A DNA stretch of 60,222 bases from Mesotaenium endlicherianum (lineage: Eukaryota), in contig WELA01001939.1 of the NCBI GenBank assembly GCA_009602735.1, positions 1,057,213-1,117,434 of the forward strand, written 5' to 3'. Positions 38,063 through 48,882 of the stretch are shown one piece after another. Position 1 is the first letter of the stretch, and the number at the start of each line of letters is the position of its first letter. The notes under the pieces were generated by a model that ran no database searches, had not been told where the DNA came from, and saw only the letters and a list, made by a program, of their open reading frames with translations. Both the position numbers and the translations under genes were made by a program.

Positions 38063-39739
38063 TTAAGGGGTTGTTCCTAGGGCTTCAGGATCAGGAGACG
38101 GAGATCTGGACCTAGATCTGGACAGCCCTGTAGGTCTGTCAGCTGGCCTTCTAAAGAACCCTGTTTGCTCTAAAGTTGGGCCTCGAGGAGAACGAAGGAT
38201 GGTAGCCTGTTCTTCAACCACTTGGGTGTTGATCCCCACATAGACAGGCATTCCAGTAGGATGCTGAAATACATTGGCTAGAGGTACATGCCCCTGAGCG
38301 GAGGGGGAGGCTGGCATACCTCTGGCCCACCCGCGTGTCCCTCTTCTGGCACCCCTGTCCTCTGGGGATTTCTGCCTGTGTCTGTAGCCCAGTACAGTCA
38401 GATCAGCTTCTTCCCCTGCTTGGGCAGGTGGGCTGGGGGAGCGAGCGCGAGGTCCAGTTGTCGCCATAACGGGGATCACATTCCACACACCTGATCGTGG
38501 TTCTTTAGGAAGTGCCACTGCCTGTCCCTGGGTATCCTGAGTACCTGCTGCTGATGCTTCTCCTCTGCCTTGTTCTTCTTCCTCATCCTCCTCATCCTCC
38601 TCCTCGGAGAGAGTAGGGGTCTCGTCCACTAAGTCGTCCTGCTCCCTAGTAGACATGGAGTAGTCTACCGACCTCCCTTTCTTAGGGCGCGCTGGAGGTT
38701 GCTTGGCCTTCAGCCTACTGATATCTATCCGGCCTGCATTCTTTGCCCATTTGACAAAGGCATGCTTTCCCTTAGAGAAGTACTCTCTTCCCCTCCTCCT
38801 ATGTTCCTTGGTCTCTGCATTCATATTGCTCAGGCATCCATTCAGCCTGGGGTCCCAAGGGGCAATGTGAGGTGGTAGGATGAGATAGCCGTCTAGGCCA
38901 TAGTGGAAGTCATCCGGTTGGGCTCGGTCACACTCCTGCTTCTTATTTGTGACGGTCATCCACCTCCAGTCTGTTGGCTGCTGGTAGTACTGGGGTCCGT
39001 GCTCAGCCTTCCTCAGTTTACACGGGAACCAGTGGGGAGAGAACATCTGCTGTCCTGCTTCCCTGGCCAAGTACTCCCAGCTCCTTCTCTCAACTTCATT
39101 GTAAGCTGGCAGGAGTGTGAGGTAGAATACCGTATCCTTAAAGCTATCGGGCCGCATGCTCACCATCCGGATGAGTCTCTGATCTCCCACTATTCCCGGT
39201 ATGGGGACCGGCTTGTCCTCTGAATCATCTGCGAGATACCGGGCCTGCTCTGCTGTATAGCCCACCATCTTAGCATAATCTTCGTAAAGGACCACGCCGG
39301 TGTGTGTCTCGATGTACCTGTCCAGTGCTGTAGCTCCTTCCTTCTGTAGCAGTGTTGTCTGTTCCAGCCTGTTGATCTCCTGGGCTGCCAGCAATGCTTC
39401 CTTCAGGTTATCGAAGTTTTGGCCACCCACCACAGTATACCTGTAAGTGGCCAAGCTCTTCTGTCTGTCCGCTTCAATCTTTTTTCTTTTCTCCTCTTCT
39501 GCCGCTGCCGCTTCTTCTTGCTGTTTCTTCTGTCTCTCCTCCTCAGCCTTCCTGAGGTTTTCCGCTTCCTGATCCTTCTTCCTCTGTGCCTCTTCTGCCG
39601 CCTCTTGTTGCTTGCGGACCCTTTCTTGTTCTCTCCTGGTGAGGGACGTCGCCGCCAGCTCCTTCTGGTATTGCTCCATTGTCCTCCTGGCTTCTTCTGC
39701 CTTGCGCTTTCTGTCCTCCTTTTGTGTGGTGGGCGCCAT
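38063..39739 (-). CDS. ORF-X1, intact (558 aa from ATG 39739), uncharacterised extra ORF
   Basis: Uninterrupted ORF in the same sense as pol, between the chromodomain and the PPT; homologous to X2; ends SRSRSRSPSPDPEALGTTP. Confidence 0.9.
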   Translation of the reverse strand: MAPTTQKEDRKRKAEEARRTMEQYQKELAATSLTRREQERVRKQQEAAEEAQRKKDQEAENLRKAEEERQKKQQEEAAAAEEEKRKKIEADRQKSLATYRYTVVGGQNFDNLKEALLAAQEINRLEQTTLLQKEGATALDRYIETHTGVVLYEDYAKMVGYTAEQARYLADDSEDKPVPIPGIVGDQRLIRMVSMRPDSFKDTVFYLTLLPAYNEVERRSWEYLAREAGQQMFSPHWFPCKLRKAEHGPQYYQQPTDWRWMTVTNKKQECDRAQPDDFHYGLDGYLILPPHIAPWDPRLNGCLSNMNAETKEHRRRGREYFSKGKHAFVKWAKNAGRIDISRLKAKQPPARPKKGRSVDYSMSTREQDDLVDETPTLSEEEDEEDEEEEQGRGEASAAGTQDTQGQAVALPKEPRSGVWNVIPVMATTGPRARSPSPPAQAGEEADLTVLGYRHRQKSPEDRGARRGTRGWARGMPASPSAQGHVPLANVFQHPTGMPVYVGINTQVVEEQATILRSPRGPTLEQTGFFRRPADRPTGLSRSRSRSPSPDPEALGTTP

Positions 39740-40006
39740 CCTGCACATGTAACCAGGGCACAAGTTAGTAGGATATGGACCTTTGTCATAGGGATTGCAG
39801 GAAGTATGTTAGTATTTAGTATAGTGGCTTCGCTGCTGTTTACCTTACAGGATGATTGCTAAAAGTTGACGTAGTTGCGATGCGCTACACATAAACGTAT
39901 GAGTGTGTTTTTATCGCTCTCGCTCACTAACTGTCATATATTTTCCCCTCCAACTTAAATGGAGACAGGACCGCCTGTCACCTTCCCGTGTCAACTGAAA
40001 TGACAG

Positions 40007-43000
40007 TTATGGAGGGACTCCAGCGGCCCGAAGGTGGAACCGTGTCAACGCCCCTTTGGCATTGGTCAAGTGGTCCTTAAACTCCCAAGTGTCCCCAGAG
40101 GCATCGTAACCCTTCCATCGAATGAGGTATTTCATGACATATTTAGACGATCGACGGACCGAGCGAGCGTCTAAAATCTCATCGACCTCATATTCCTCAG
40201 GGTCGCCGTCCCGGACAGCGGGGACCGGTCCCGGTTGGACAGGGAACCGACCTGTGAACAGTGTATCACCTTTGATGTACGGTTCCAGGAAGGAGACATT
40301 AAAGACCGGGTGCCCCTTGTATTCAGCTGACATGTTCAGTTTGTAAGCATTCTGACCGACACGACGGACCACCGAATATGGACCGACCCAGACAGGGCCA
40401 AGCTTTTTCTTGACCACACCAGGGAGGTACAGGTGCTGAGAATGCAGTTTGACTAAATCCCCCTTGGAAAATGTCAGTTCCCGACGGTGTTGATTAGCGT
40501 ATTTTTGTTGGTTTTCTTGGGCCGTGTGCAGGTTTAGTTGGACCACTGACAGGGTGTCAGCAAACTCCTGAGTTAACTGGAGGGAGACCGGGTTGTCAAT
40601 CCCTTCAGGGCAAGTTAAAGACTCCCCCAGTACATCTAAAGGAGACTTAGGAACTCTACCCAGGCTGAGTTCAAAAGGAGTCTTGCCCGTTGACGCGTGC
40701 ACCGCACTGTTGACCGCAAACTGAATTTGAGGCAACAAGTCATCCCAATTATCTTGTTTTTGGTTAATATATGCTCTCAGCACCTCCTGCAGAACTCGAT
40801 TAGTTCTTTCAGTCTGCCCACCAGTCTGAGGGTGGTTTGCTGTGCTGAGCAGCTGTTTGACCCCCATTAACCCCATTAAAGCTAGAGGTGAATTTTGAGT
40901 CTCTGTCTGAGATGATATTAGAAGGTAGCCCATGTTGGCAGACTACATGGTTGTAAAACTGTCTCGCTGTTTCGAGTGCAGTGACTTTGACAGTTGTGGG
41001 GATGAAAATGACCATTTTTGTCAGTTTATCCACGACTACCAGTATCGAATCATGCCCATTCGTAGTTCGTGGCAGTGTGACCACCCAGTCCAAGGATATA
41101 GTTTCCCAGCATCCAGCTGGGATGGGTAGTGGTTGCAAGAGACCTCCGGGTGGTGTGTGCCGAGACTTATTTCTCTGACACTGGTCACAGGACTTGACAT
41201 ATTTCAAGACCTCCCGGGGTAACCCCTCCCAATGATAATGTTTTGCCAGTTTGCCAACAGTTTTGGCCTGCCCCAAATGTCCACCCAGGAGACTGTCATG
41301 AGCTTGACTCAGTAAGAGAGACCTTATTTCCAAGTCATTAGGAATGACCAGCTTCAGCCTGCCTGAAGTGGTTTCAGACACCCAGACCCCCCCCTTGAGC
41401 TTATACCCGAGTGCAGTAGCACGGCACACACCAGTAGTGGGGCTGGGCTCAAATGATGGGTCAGAAAGGTAGGCTTTCCTAAGTTGTTCAAGGAAGGACT
41501 TTTTCACCTTGAGTGAAGTGAGTGCACACAGGACTTTATCTACAGCATGCTGACTAAAGTTCCTTTCTTGCAAGTCAGGTCTTCTAGAGAGTGCATCAGC
41601 AGGATTCAACTTCCCTGGTTTGTAGTCGATCTGGACTTGGAACTGCTCCAGCATCTGGCTCCAGCGGTTCTCCCTCCTCGACAGCTTGGACTTCTTCTGA
41701 AAGTGGGTCAGAGCTAGATGATCTGTAATCACCTTAAAAGCTTTACCATGTAAGTATGCTCTCCACTGTTTGAGCACATGAATGATAGCTAGCAGCTCTT
41801 TATCATGCACTGAGTAATTAATTTCCGCTGGATTAAATTTCATAGACTCATACAACACAGGATGCCACTCCTGCCGTACCTTACCATCCTTTGTGGTTTT
41901 GTCAGCAGGCTGCAACAAAATAGCACCCAAGGCAAAGTCAGAGGCATCAGTAACCACCTGCACCGATTTGTTGGGGTCATACATGGCTAGCACTGGGGCA
42001 GAGCAGAGGGCATCTTTAAGGGTCTGGAAGGCAGCCTGCTGCTCTTCCCCCCACACATACCCTATGTCTTTCTTAGTAAGGTCAGTCAGTGTACTGGCCT
42101 TTGTGGAATAATTCTCAATAAATCTTCTATAGTAGTTAGCCAACCCGAGGAAGGATCTAACTTCAGGGACAGACTGTGGTACTGGCCAGTCCCTTATGGT
42201 CTGGACTTTCTTAGGATCCACACTGATGCCCTCTTTACTGACAACGTGGCCTAAGAATTCAATACTTTCCTTAAAGAAATCACACTTGCTCATTTTAGCA
42301 TACAAGTGATTTTTTCGCAGAGTGTCCAGGACTAATTTTAAGTGTTTAGTGTGTTGAGCTTCATCTTTAGAGAAATTTAAAATATCATCCAGGAAAACTT
42401 GCACAAACTTATCCAAATAAGGTCTGAAAATGTCATTCATAGCACCCATAAAGGTAGCAGGAGCATTAGTCAGTCCAAATGGCATCACGTTGAACTCATA
42501 GTGTCCATAACGTGTGCGGAAAGCAGTCTTGTGTTCATCCCCCTCAGCAATTCTGATTTGATGATAACCACTCTTGAGATCTATCTTACTGAACACCTTA
42601 GCGCCAGACAGGGTATCAAGCAAGTCCTCGATTCTGGGTAAAGCATACTTGTTCTTTACTGTAATTCTGTTCAGGGCTCTGTAATCCACACACATCCGCA
42701 TACTGCCATCCTTTTTCTTAACAAATAGGATAGGTGCGCCGTACGGTGATTTACTGGGAGAAATGTAACCATTTTCCTCCAGCTCTGCAATCTGTGTTTT
42801 CAACTCCTCACTCTCCAAATAAGACAAGCCATACGTGCGTTGCCAGGGTGGCTGGCTACCAGGTAATAAATCAATCCTATGATCTACTTCCCGCTTAGGG
42901 GGTAGTCCTGGAGGCATATTAAACACATCCGTGTACTGAGCAACAATGTTTGCAGCAGTAGGGTGTTCCGGAGGGTGTACCTTTTTCTCAACCACTTCTT

Positions 43001-43805
43001 CAGGTTGAGGAGGTACCTCTCTTAGCAGCAGACAGAACATTCTGTCTTCCTTCTGGTTCCAGCTTTTGACGAACTCCATTGCATTCAGCAACTTGCATCC
43101 TTCTGGAAGCCTCTTCTTTTCCTTCATTTGCCATCCACACAGGACAAGAGGAAGAGCACTGGTGGGTGCCAAGTCAGTCTGCCCATCACTGGCTCCTCTC
43201 ACTTTAACTGTACCTCTGCTCCAACACACTTCAGCTTGATGTCTATTAAGCCAGGACCTGCCTAGCACGAGATCATAAAAGCCAGTGTTGAGTACCTCAA
43301 ATGTAAGCGTTTCAGTTAGAACTGCAATGCCAGAACCTAACTGGACCTCAATAGGCTTGGTTATAACTCCTCCCGGGATACTTGAGGCATCTCCAAGGAA
43401 TATTTTTCTATTCCCTTGGGTGACAGTAGGCAGCCTTAGCCGCTTAACTAAGTCCTTGTGGATAAAAGTATGTGACGCCCCTCCGTCAACAAATGCCCTC
43501 ACCTTCCTACCTGCAATCATGCAATGCAGTAGGATAGGGGGGACTGTCTTTTCCTGACTTTCGCATTGTTCTCCTGACGTAGCAAAGAAATGTTGGACAT
43601 CAGGTGGAACAAGAGCATCCAGAGTGTGCACTCTCTGGACGTCTATATTGCTGATGGTCTCCTTTATCTGGTTGTCAGGCATGCATAGTGAATCCAGTTC
43701 AGCAGGACCCATAATACCTGCTACGAGGGCAGCTAGTGACGACTCACTATCTCTAGCATCCTCACAGTCAGTAGACTGGATTACTGACTGTTGCTGTCTT
43801 TTAAA
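40007..43805 (-). CDS. pol: pol of B3 (PR-RT-RH-INT-chromodomain) with one frameshifting deletion at ~40882
   Basis: FVDGGAS, FLDD, TDAS, HHCC integrase Zn finger, and EEYEVDEIL...YLIRWKGY...DTWE. Lies in the -1 frame relative to gag. Confidence 0.93.
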
Positions 43806-45259
43806 GGCTGGTCTTTTCTCTCGACCTTAGGCAGGTGCTTGACCGGACACTGTTCTCTGTAGTGGCCTTTCTGCTGACAATGGTAGCAAGTAGATTTTGC
43901 TGAGGCTGGTCTCGGCTTAGTCCTACCACCACCCCTTCCATAGCCACCTCGAGAGGGACCACCTCTACCTCTAGACTGAATAGCATTGTACTCATACTCA
44001 TATTCATCACCCTGATCATCCTCAGCCTGGTCTTCTTCAATTGCATTGTAGGAACCGTGGGGCTTTTTGACAATCTTAGACACCAAAGCGTTACTCTGGC
44101 GCTTGTGATTGAACTGCTGCTGATCCCAGGCGTCAGCATCCTGGATCAAGTCAGCCAGTTTCTCATACTTTTTCTCAGCAAAATGACCAGAGACCTCGGA
44201 TTTCAAGCCATACCTGAAGTATGCTATCCTATACCGTTCTGGCAAATCAGGCTGCTTCATCATGTTCTCTTGGAACTTTTGAGCAAACTCAGCAACTGAA
44301 GTGGTCTGCTTCAGTGTCAGGGAGATCATCGCATAGATAGCTTTCTCCTGCTGGTTGATGACATCAAACTTCTCATGCAACTTCTCGACAAACTCTACCC
44401 ACGTAGGGTCACCGAGTTGCCGAGCCTTACGCTCTTCCTTCCAGTAAAGCCACCAGTCTGCGGCACTGCCTTTCAGTAGCGCACCGGTGTGCCTGACCTT
44501 CTCGTAATCTTGCAGTTCTGGGTAGTTCTCCAGCCACTGCTCAACATGCGCGAGAAACTTGATCAGGTAATATTTTCTGTTTCCCTCAGGATCATAGTCC
44601 TGGGGAGGTTTCGGCTTGGGCTTACTAGGTCCTCGGTCACCACCACTAGTGGTGTGAGACCCCAGTTGGTCTCTGCCCCGGAGTAGGGACATTATGATTC
44701 TTTTGTCCTCCTGCTGGGACTGATACATGGTCGCCATTTGCGACTGCATCTGAACGAACAATGCTCCCAAGTCTACACTTTGGGGTGGTAGATTAGCAAA
44801 TGTAGCAGCAGCATTGACCTCTACTCGCTGAGTAGTGTCCTCAACAGTCCCTCTCGCCCCTGCAACAGCAATTCCTGCCGTATTCAGCCGGTCACGTATT
44901 TGACCTAGGGGTTCATTGAGTTGTACAGCAGGAGGTGGGTTCAGAACATTGGCCCTTGATGCCATGAGTTCCTCGACAGTGCGCTCGTCAGCTGGCTGTC
45001 TTTCCCTCCTTTCTGTATCTTCAGCGGCCTTTGCTACTTGTTTAGCTTCTAGCCTGGCTCTCTCCTCCTCAGTTTGCTGAGCTGCAACTGCGGCAATAGC
45101 AGCTGCCTCATTTGCAGCCTCCCTAGCTGCAGTATCTGCAACTGCTTCAAGATAGGTACGGGTTCCCGCTACATGGCCTTCCGCCTGGTTTTCGACATTC
45201 TCGTTATCCTGGTTTTCCATGTCTCGGGAGTTGCTAGTTTGAGACCTTGTCCTTACCAT
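43781..45259 (-). CDS. gag: gag of B3, intact 492 aa
   Basis: MVRTRSQ start, capsid-like [12 protein letters not shown]-rich stretch and zinc knuckle [14 protein letters not shown]. Confidence 0.92.
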   Translation of the reverse strand: MVRTRSQTSNSRDMENQDNENVENQAEGHVAGTRTYLEAVADTAAREAANEAAAIAAVAAQQTEEERARLEAKQVAKAAEDTERRERQPADERTVEELMASRANVLNPPPAVQLNEPLGQIRDRLNTAGIAVAGARGTVEDTTQRVEVNAAATFANLPPQSVDLGALFVQMQSQMATMYQSQQEDKRIIMSLLRGRDQLGSHTTSGGDRGPSKPKPKPPQDYDPEGNRKYYLIKFLAHVEQWLENYPELQDYEKVRHTGALLKGSAADWWLYWKEERKARQLGDPTWVEFVEKLHEKFDVINQQEKAIYAMISLTLKQTTSVAEFAQKFQENMMKQPDLPERYRIAYFRYGLKSEVSGHFAEKKYEKLADLIQDADAWDQQQFNHKRQSNALVSKIVKKPHGSYNAIEEDQAEDDQGDEYEYEYNAIQSRGRGGPSRGGYGRGGGRTKPRPASAKSTCYHCQQKGHYREQCPVKHLPKVERKDQPLKDSNSQ

Positions 45260-46039
45260 ACAAAGAAGACTGTGATAATAGCTCCGATACCACTGAAATG
45301 AATCGACTTACCAAATAGGCGATTAACAATTAATAAAGATCTTTATATCAGCAAGTAATCTTTATGGTATTTTCCGTTAACTGGTTAAACGGCAAAGGAC
45401 AACACACTAGCAGTGAATAATACTCGTAAGTCAAATGCGAGTAAACTAGCATCAATAATGCAAATCAGTAAACTCATACATAAGCAAGGTTAGAAGACAG
45501 TGCGTATCAATGGCTTCTCGCCTTGGATTCAGATCTCTCTCAGTAAGCTGTACAAGAGAGTTGGCCTCGTTTCCGAATGCCGAACTCGAGAGCAATGCCT
45601 AGCATATGTACATGGAATGAGTTTACTGTTCAACGGTCAGTGCGATGGCACCGCCTACCCGGGAGTTAACCACGTTGGTAGGACCTCGGTTAACCAAATC
45701 CACCGCCATCTCCCATCATCCCGAATAGCCATCCATCATGGGGATGTCATCTGGCCATTCATCTAGCAGGTGGTACTTAGATGCATATCAGGGCAGTTCG
45801 CTGCTACCGAGCACGGAAGTCAGCTGGCTGTCAAAGAATGTGTCAGCAAGCTGACTTAAGTTGACTTCAGCCTGCTGCTTTTGGCCGAGTCATTAAACTG
45901 ATAATTATGTAAAGTCCACCAGACTGATTATTAACTAAAGTTCAGCAGAATGACTACTAACTAAAGTTCAGTAGGCTGAACTAAATTAACTATTATATTT
46001 CAATGAATATTATATCTACTAATATACTGATTTATTACA

Positions 46040-46224
46040 GCCAAGAAGGCGGAAGAGGAGAGGCAAGCTAAGGAGAGGCGGAAGCAACAGGCTGAAGAAG
46101 AAGAACAGAGGAGAATCTGCAGCTACCGCTACACAGTGCTGGACAAGGGCTTTGATCTACTGGAGGAGGCCTTCAAGTATGCCCGGAGAAGTCGCAATGA
46201 GGCACAGCAGGACATCTTGCAAAG
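46040..46224 (+). pseudogene. Orphan fragment of a further ORF-X2-type copy between two family B LTRs
   Basis: Translates AKKAEEERQAKERRK...SYRYTVLDKGFDLLEEAFKYARRSRNEAQQDILQ. Confidence 0.85.
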
Positions 46225-47347
46225 TGTAATGAATCTGTACATTGGTTGATATAATATTCATTTAAATAGAACAGTTAAATAAGTTCAGCCTGTTGAACTC
46301 TAGTTAATAATCAGTCTGCTGGACTTTATATTTAATATCAGTTTAATAACTCAGCCCAAAGCAGCAGACTGAAGTTAGCTTAAGTCAGCTTAAGTCAGCT
46401 TGCTGACACATTCTTTGACAGCCAGCTGACTTCCGTACTCGGTAGCAGCGAACTGCCTCGATATGCATCTAAGTGTGGTATGCTAGATGAATGGCCAGAT
46501 GACATCCCTATGATGGATGGCGATTTGGGATGATGGGAGATGGCGGTGGATTTGGTTAACCGAGGTCCTACCAACGTGGTTAACTCCCGGGTAGGCGGTG
46601 CCATCGCACTGACCGTTGAACAGTAAACTCATTCCATGTACATATGCTAGGTATTGCTCCCGAGTTCGGCATTCGGAAACCAGGCCACCTCTCTTGTACA
46701 GCTTACTGAGAGAGATCTGAATCCAAGGCGAGAAGCCATTGATACGCACTGTCTTCTAACCTTGCTTATGTAGGAGTTTACTGATTGCATTATTGATGCT
46801 AGTTTACTCGCATTTGACTTACAAGTGTAGTTCACTGCTAGTGTGTTGTCCTTTGCCGTTTAACCAGTTAACGGAAATTACCATAAAGATTACTTGCTCA
46901 GGAGAACATGATGAAGCAGCCAGACTTGCCAGAACGATATAGGATAGCATAATTCAAGTATGGCTTGAAATCCGAAGTCTCTGGTCATTTCGCTAAGAAG
47001 AAGTATGAGAAACTGGCTGACTTGATCAAGGATGCTGATGCCTGGGATCAGCAGCAGTTCAATCACAAGCGCCAGAGTAATGCTTTGGTGTCTAACGGTT
47101 CCTACAATGCAATTGAAGGAGACCAGGCTGAGGATGATCAGGGTGATGGATATGAGTATGAGTATATTGCCATACAGTCTAGAGGTAGAGATGGTTTCTC
47201 TCGAGGCGGCTATGGAAGAGGTGGTGGTAGGACTAAGCCGAGACCAGCCTCAGCAAAATCCACTTGCTACCATTGTCAGCAGTTGGGCCACTACAGAGAA
47301 CAGTGTCCGGTCAAGCACCTGCCTAAGGTCGAGAGAAAAGACCAGCC

Positions 47348-47395
47348 TTTAAAAGACAGCAACAGTCAGTAATCCAGTCTACTGACTGTGAGGAT
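47348..47395 (+). promoter_or_regulatory. Putative -1 ribosomal frameshift signal (gag-pol, family B)
   Basis: T TTA AAA heptamer in gag phase, 7-nt spacer, 10-bp stem acagtcagta/tactgactgt; pol is in the -1 frame. Confidence 0.75.
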
Positions 47396-48882
47396 GCTAG
47401 AGATAGTGAGTCGTCACTAGCTGCCCTCGTAGCAGGTATTATGGGTCCTGCTGAACTGGATTCACTATGCATGCCTGACAAACAGATAAAGGAGACCATC
47501 AGCAATATAGACGTCCAGAGAGTGCACACTCTGGATGCTCTTGTTCCACCTGATGTCCAACATTTCTTTGCTACGTCAGGAGAACAATGCGAAAGTCAGG
47601 AAAAGACAGTCCCCCCTATCCTACTGCATTGCATGATTGCAGGTAGGAAGGTGAGGGCATTTGTTGACGGAGGGGCGTCACATACTTTTATCCACAAGGA
47701 CTTAGTTAAGCGGCTAAGGCTGCCTACTGTCACCCAAGGGAATAGAAAAATATTCCTTGGAGATGCCTCAAGTATCCCGGGAGGAGTTATAACCAAGCCT
47801 ATTGAGGTCCAGTTAGGTTCTGGCATTGCAGTTCTAACTGAAACGCTTACATTTGAGGTACTCAACACTGGCTTTTATGATCTCGTGCTAGGCAGGTCCT
47901 GGCTTAATAGACATCAAGCTGAAGTGTGTTGGAGCAGAGGTACAGTTAAAGTGAGAGGAGCCAGTGATGGGCAGACTGACTTGGCACCCACCAGTGCTCT
48001 TCCTCTTGTCCTGTGTGGATGGCAAATGAAGGAAAAGAAGAGGCTTCCAGAAGGATGCAAGTTGCTGAATGCAATGGAGTTCGTCAAAAGCTGGAACCAG
48101 AAGGAAGACAGAATGTTCTGTCTGCTGCTAAGAGAGGTACCTCCTCAACCTGAAGAAGTGGTTGAGAAAAAGGTAAGCCCTCCGGAGCACCCTACTGCTG
48201 CAAAAATTGTTGCTCAGTACACGGATGTATTTAATATGCCTCCAGGACTACCCCCTAAGCGGGAAGTAGATCATAGGATTGATTTATTACCTGGGAGTCA
48301 GCCACCTTGGCAACGCACGTATGGCTTGTCTTATGTGGAGAGCGAGGAGTTGAAAACACAGATTGCAGAGCTTGAGGAAAATGGTTATATTTCTCCCAGT
48401 AAATCACCTTACGGCGCACCCATCCTATTTGTTAAGAAAAAGGATGGCAGTATGCGGATGTGTGTGGATTACAGAGCTCTGAACAGTATTCCAGTAAAGA
48501 ACAAGTACGCTTTACCCAGAATCGAGGACTTGCTTGATACCCTGTCTGGTGCTAAGGTGTTCAGTAAGATAGATCTCAAGAGTGGTTATCATCAAATCAA
48601 AATTGCTGAGGGGGATGAACACAAGACTGCCTTTCGCACACGTTATGGACACTATGGGTTCAACGTGATGCCATTTGGACTGACAAATGCTCCTGCGACC
48701 TTCATGGGTGCTATGAATGACATTTTCAGACCTTATTTGGATAAGTTTGTGCAAGTTTTCCTGGATGATATTTTAATTTTCTCTAAAGATGAAGCTGTGC
48801 ACACTGAACACTTAAAGATAGTCCTGGACACTCTGAATAAAAAACACTTATATGCTAAAATGAGCAAGTGTGAGTTCTTTAA

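Larger units (their letters stand above)
37234..46039 (-). mobile_element. Family B copy B3, best preserved: 5' LTR 45294-46039, PBS, gag, pol, ORF-X1, PPT, 3' LTR 37234-37949
   Basis: Both LTRs read TGTAAT...TTTCA on the minus strand. PBS TGGTATCGGAGC at 45281-45292, PPT aagttggagggat at 37950-37962. Flanks gcatt and gccaa do not form a TSD. Confidence 0.94.

Noticed and set aside
38063..39739. ORF-X as an envelope gene
   Set aside because: No signal peptide or transmembrane helix; highly charged with NLS-like motifs.
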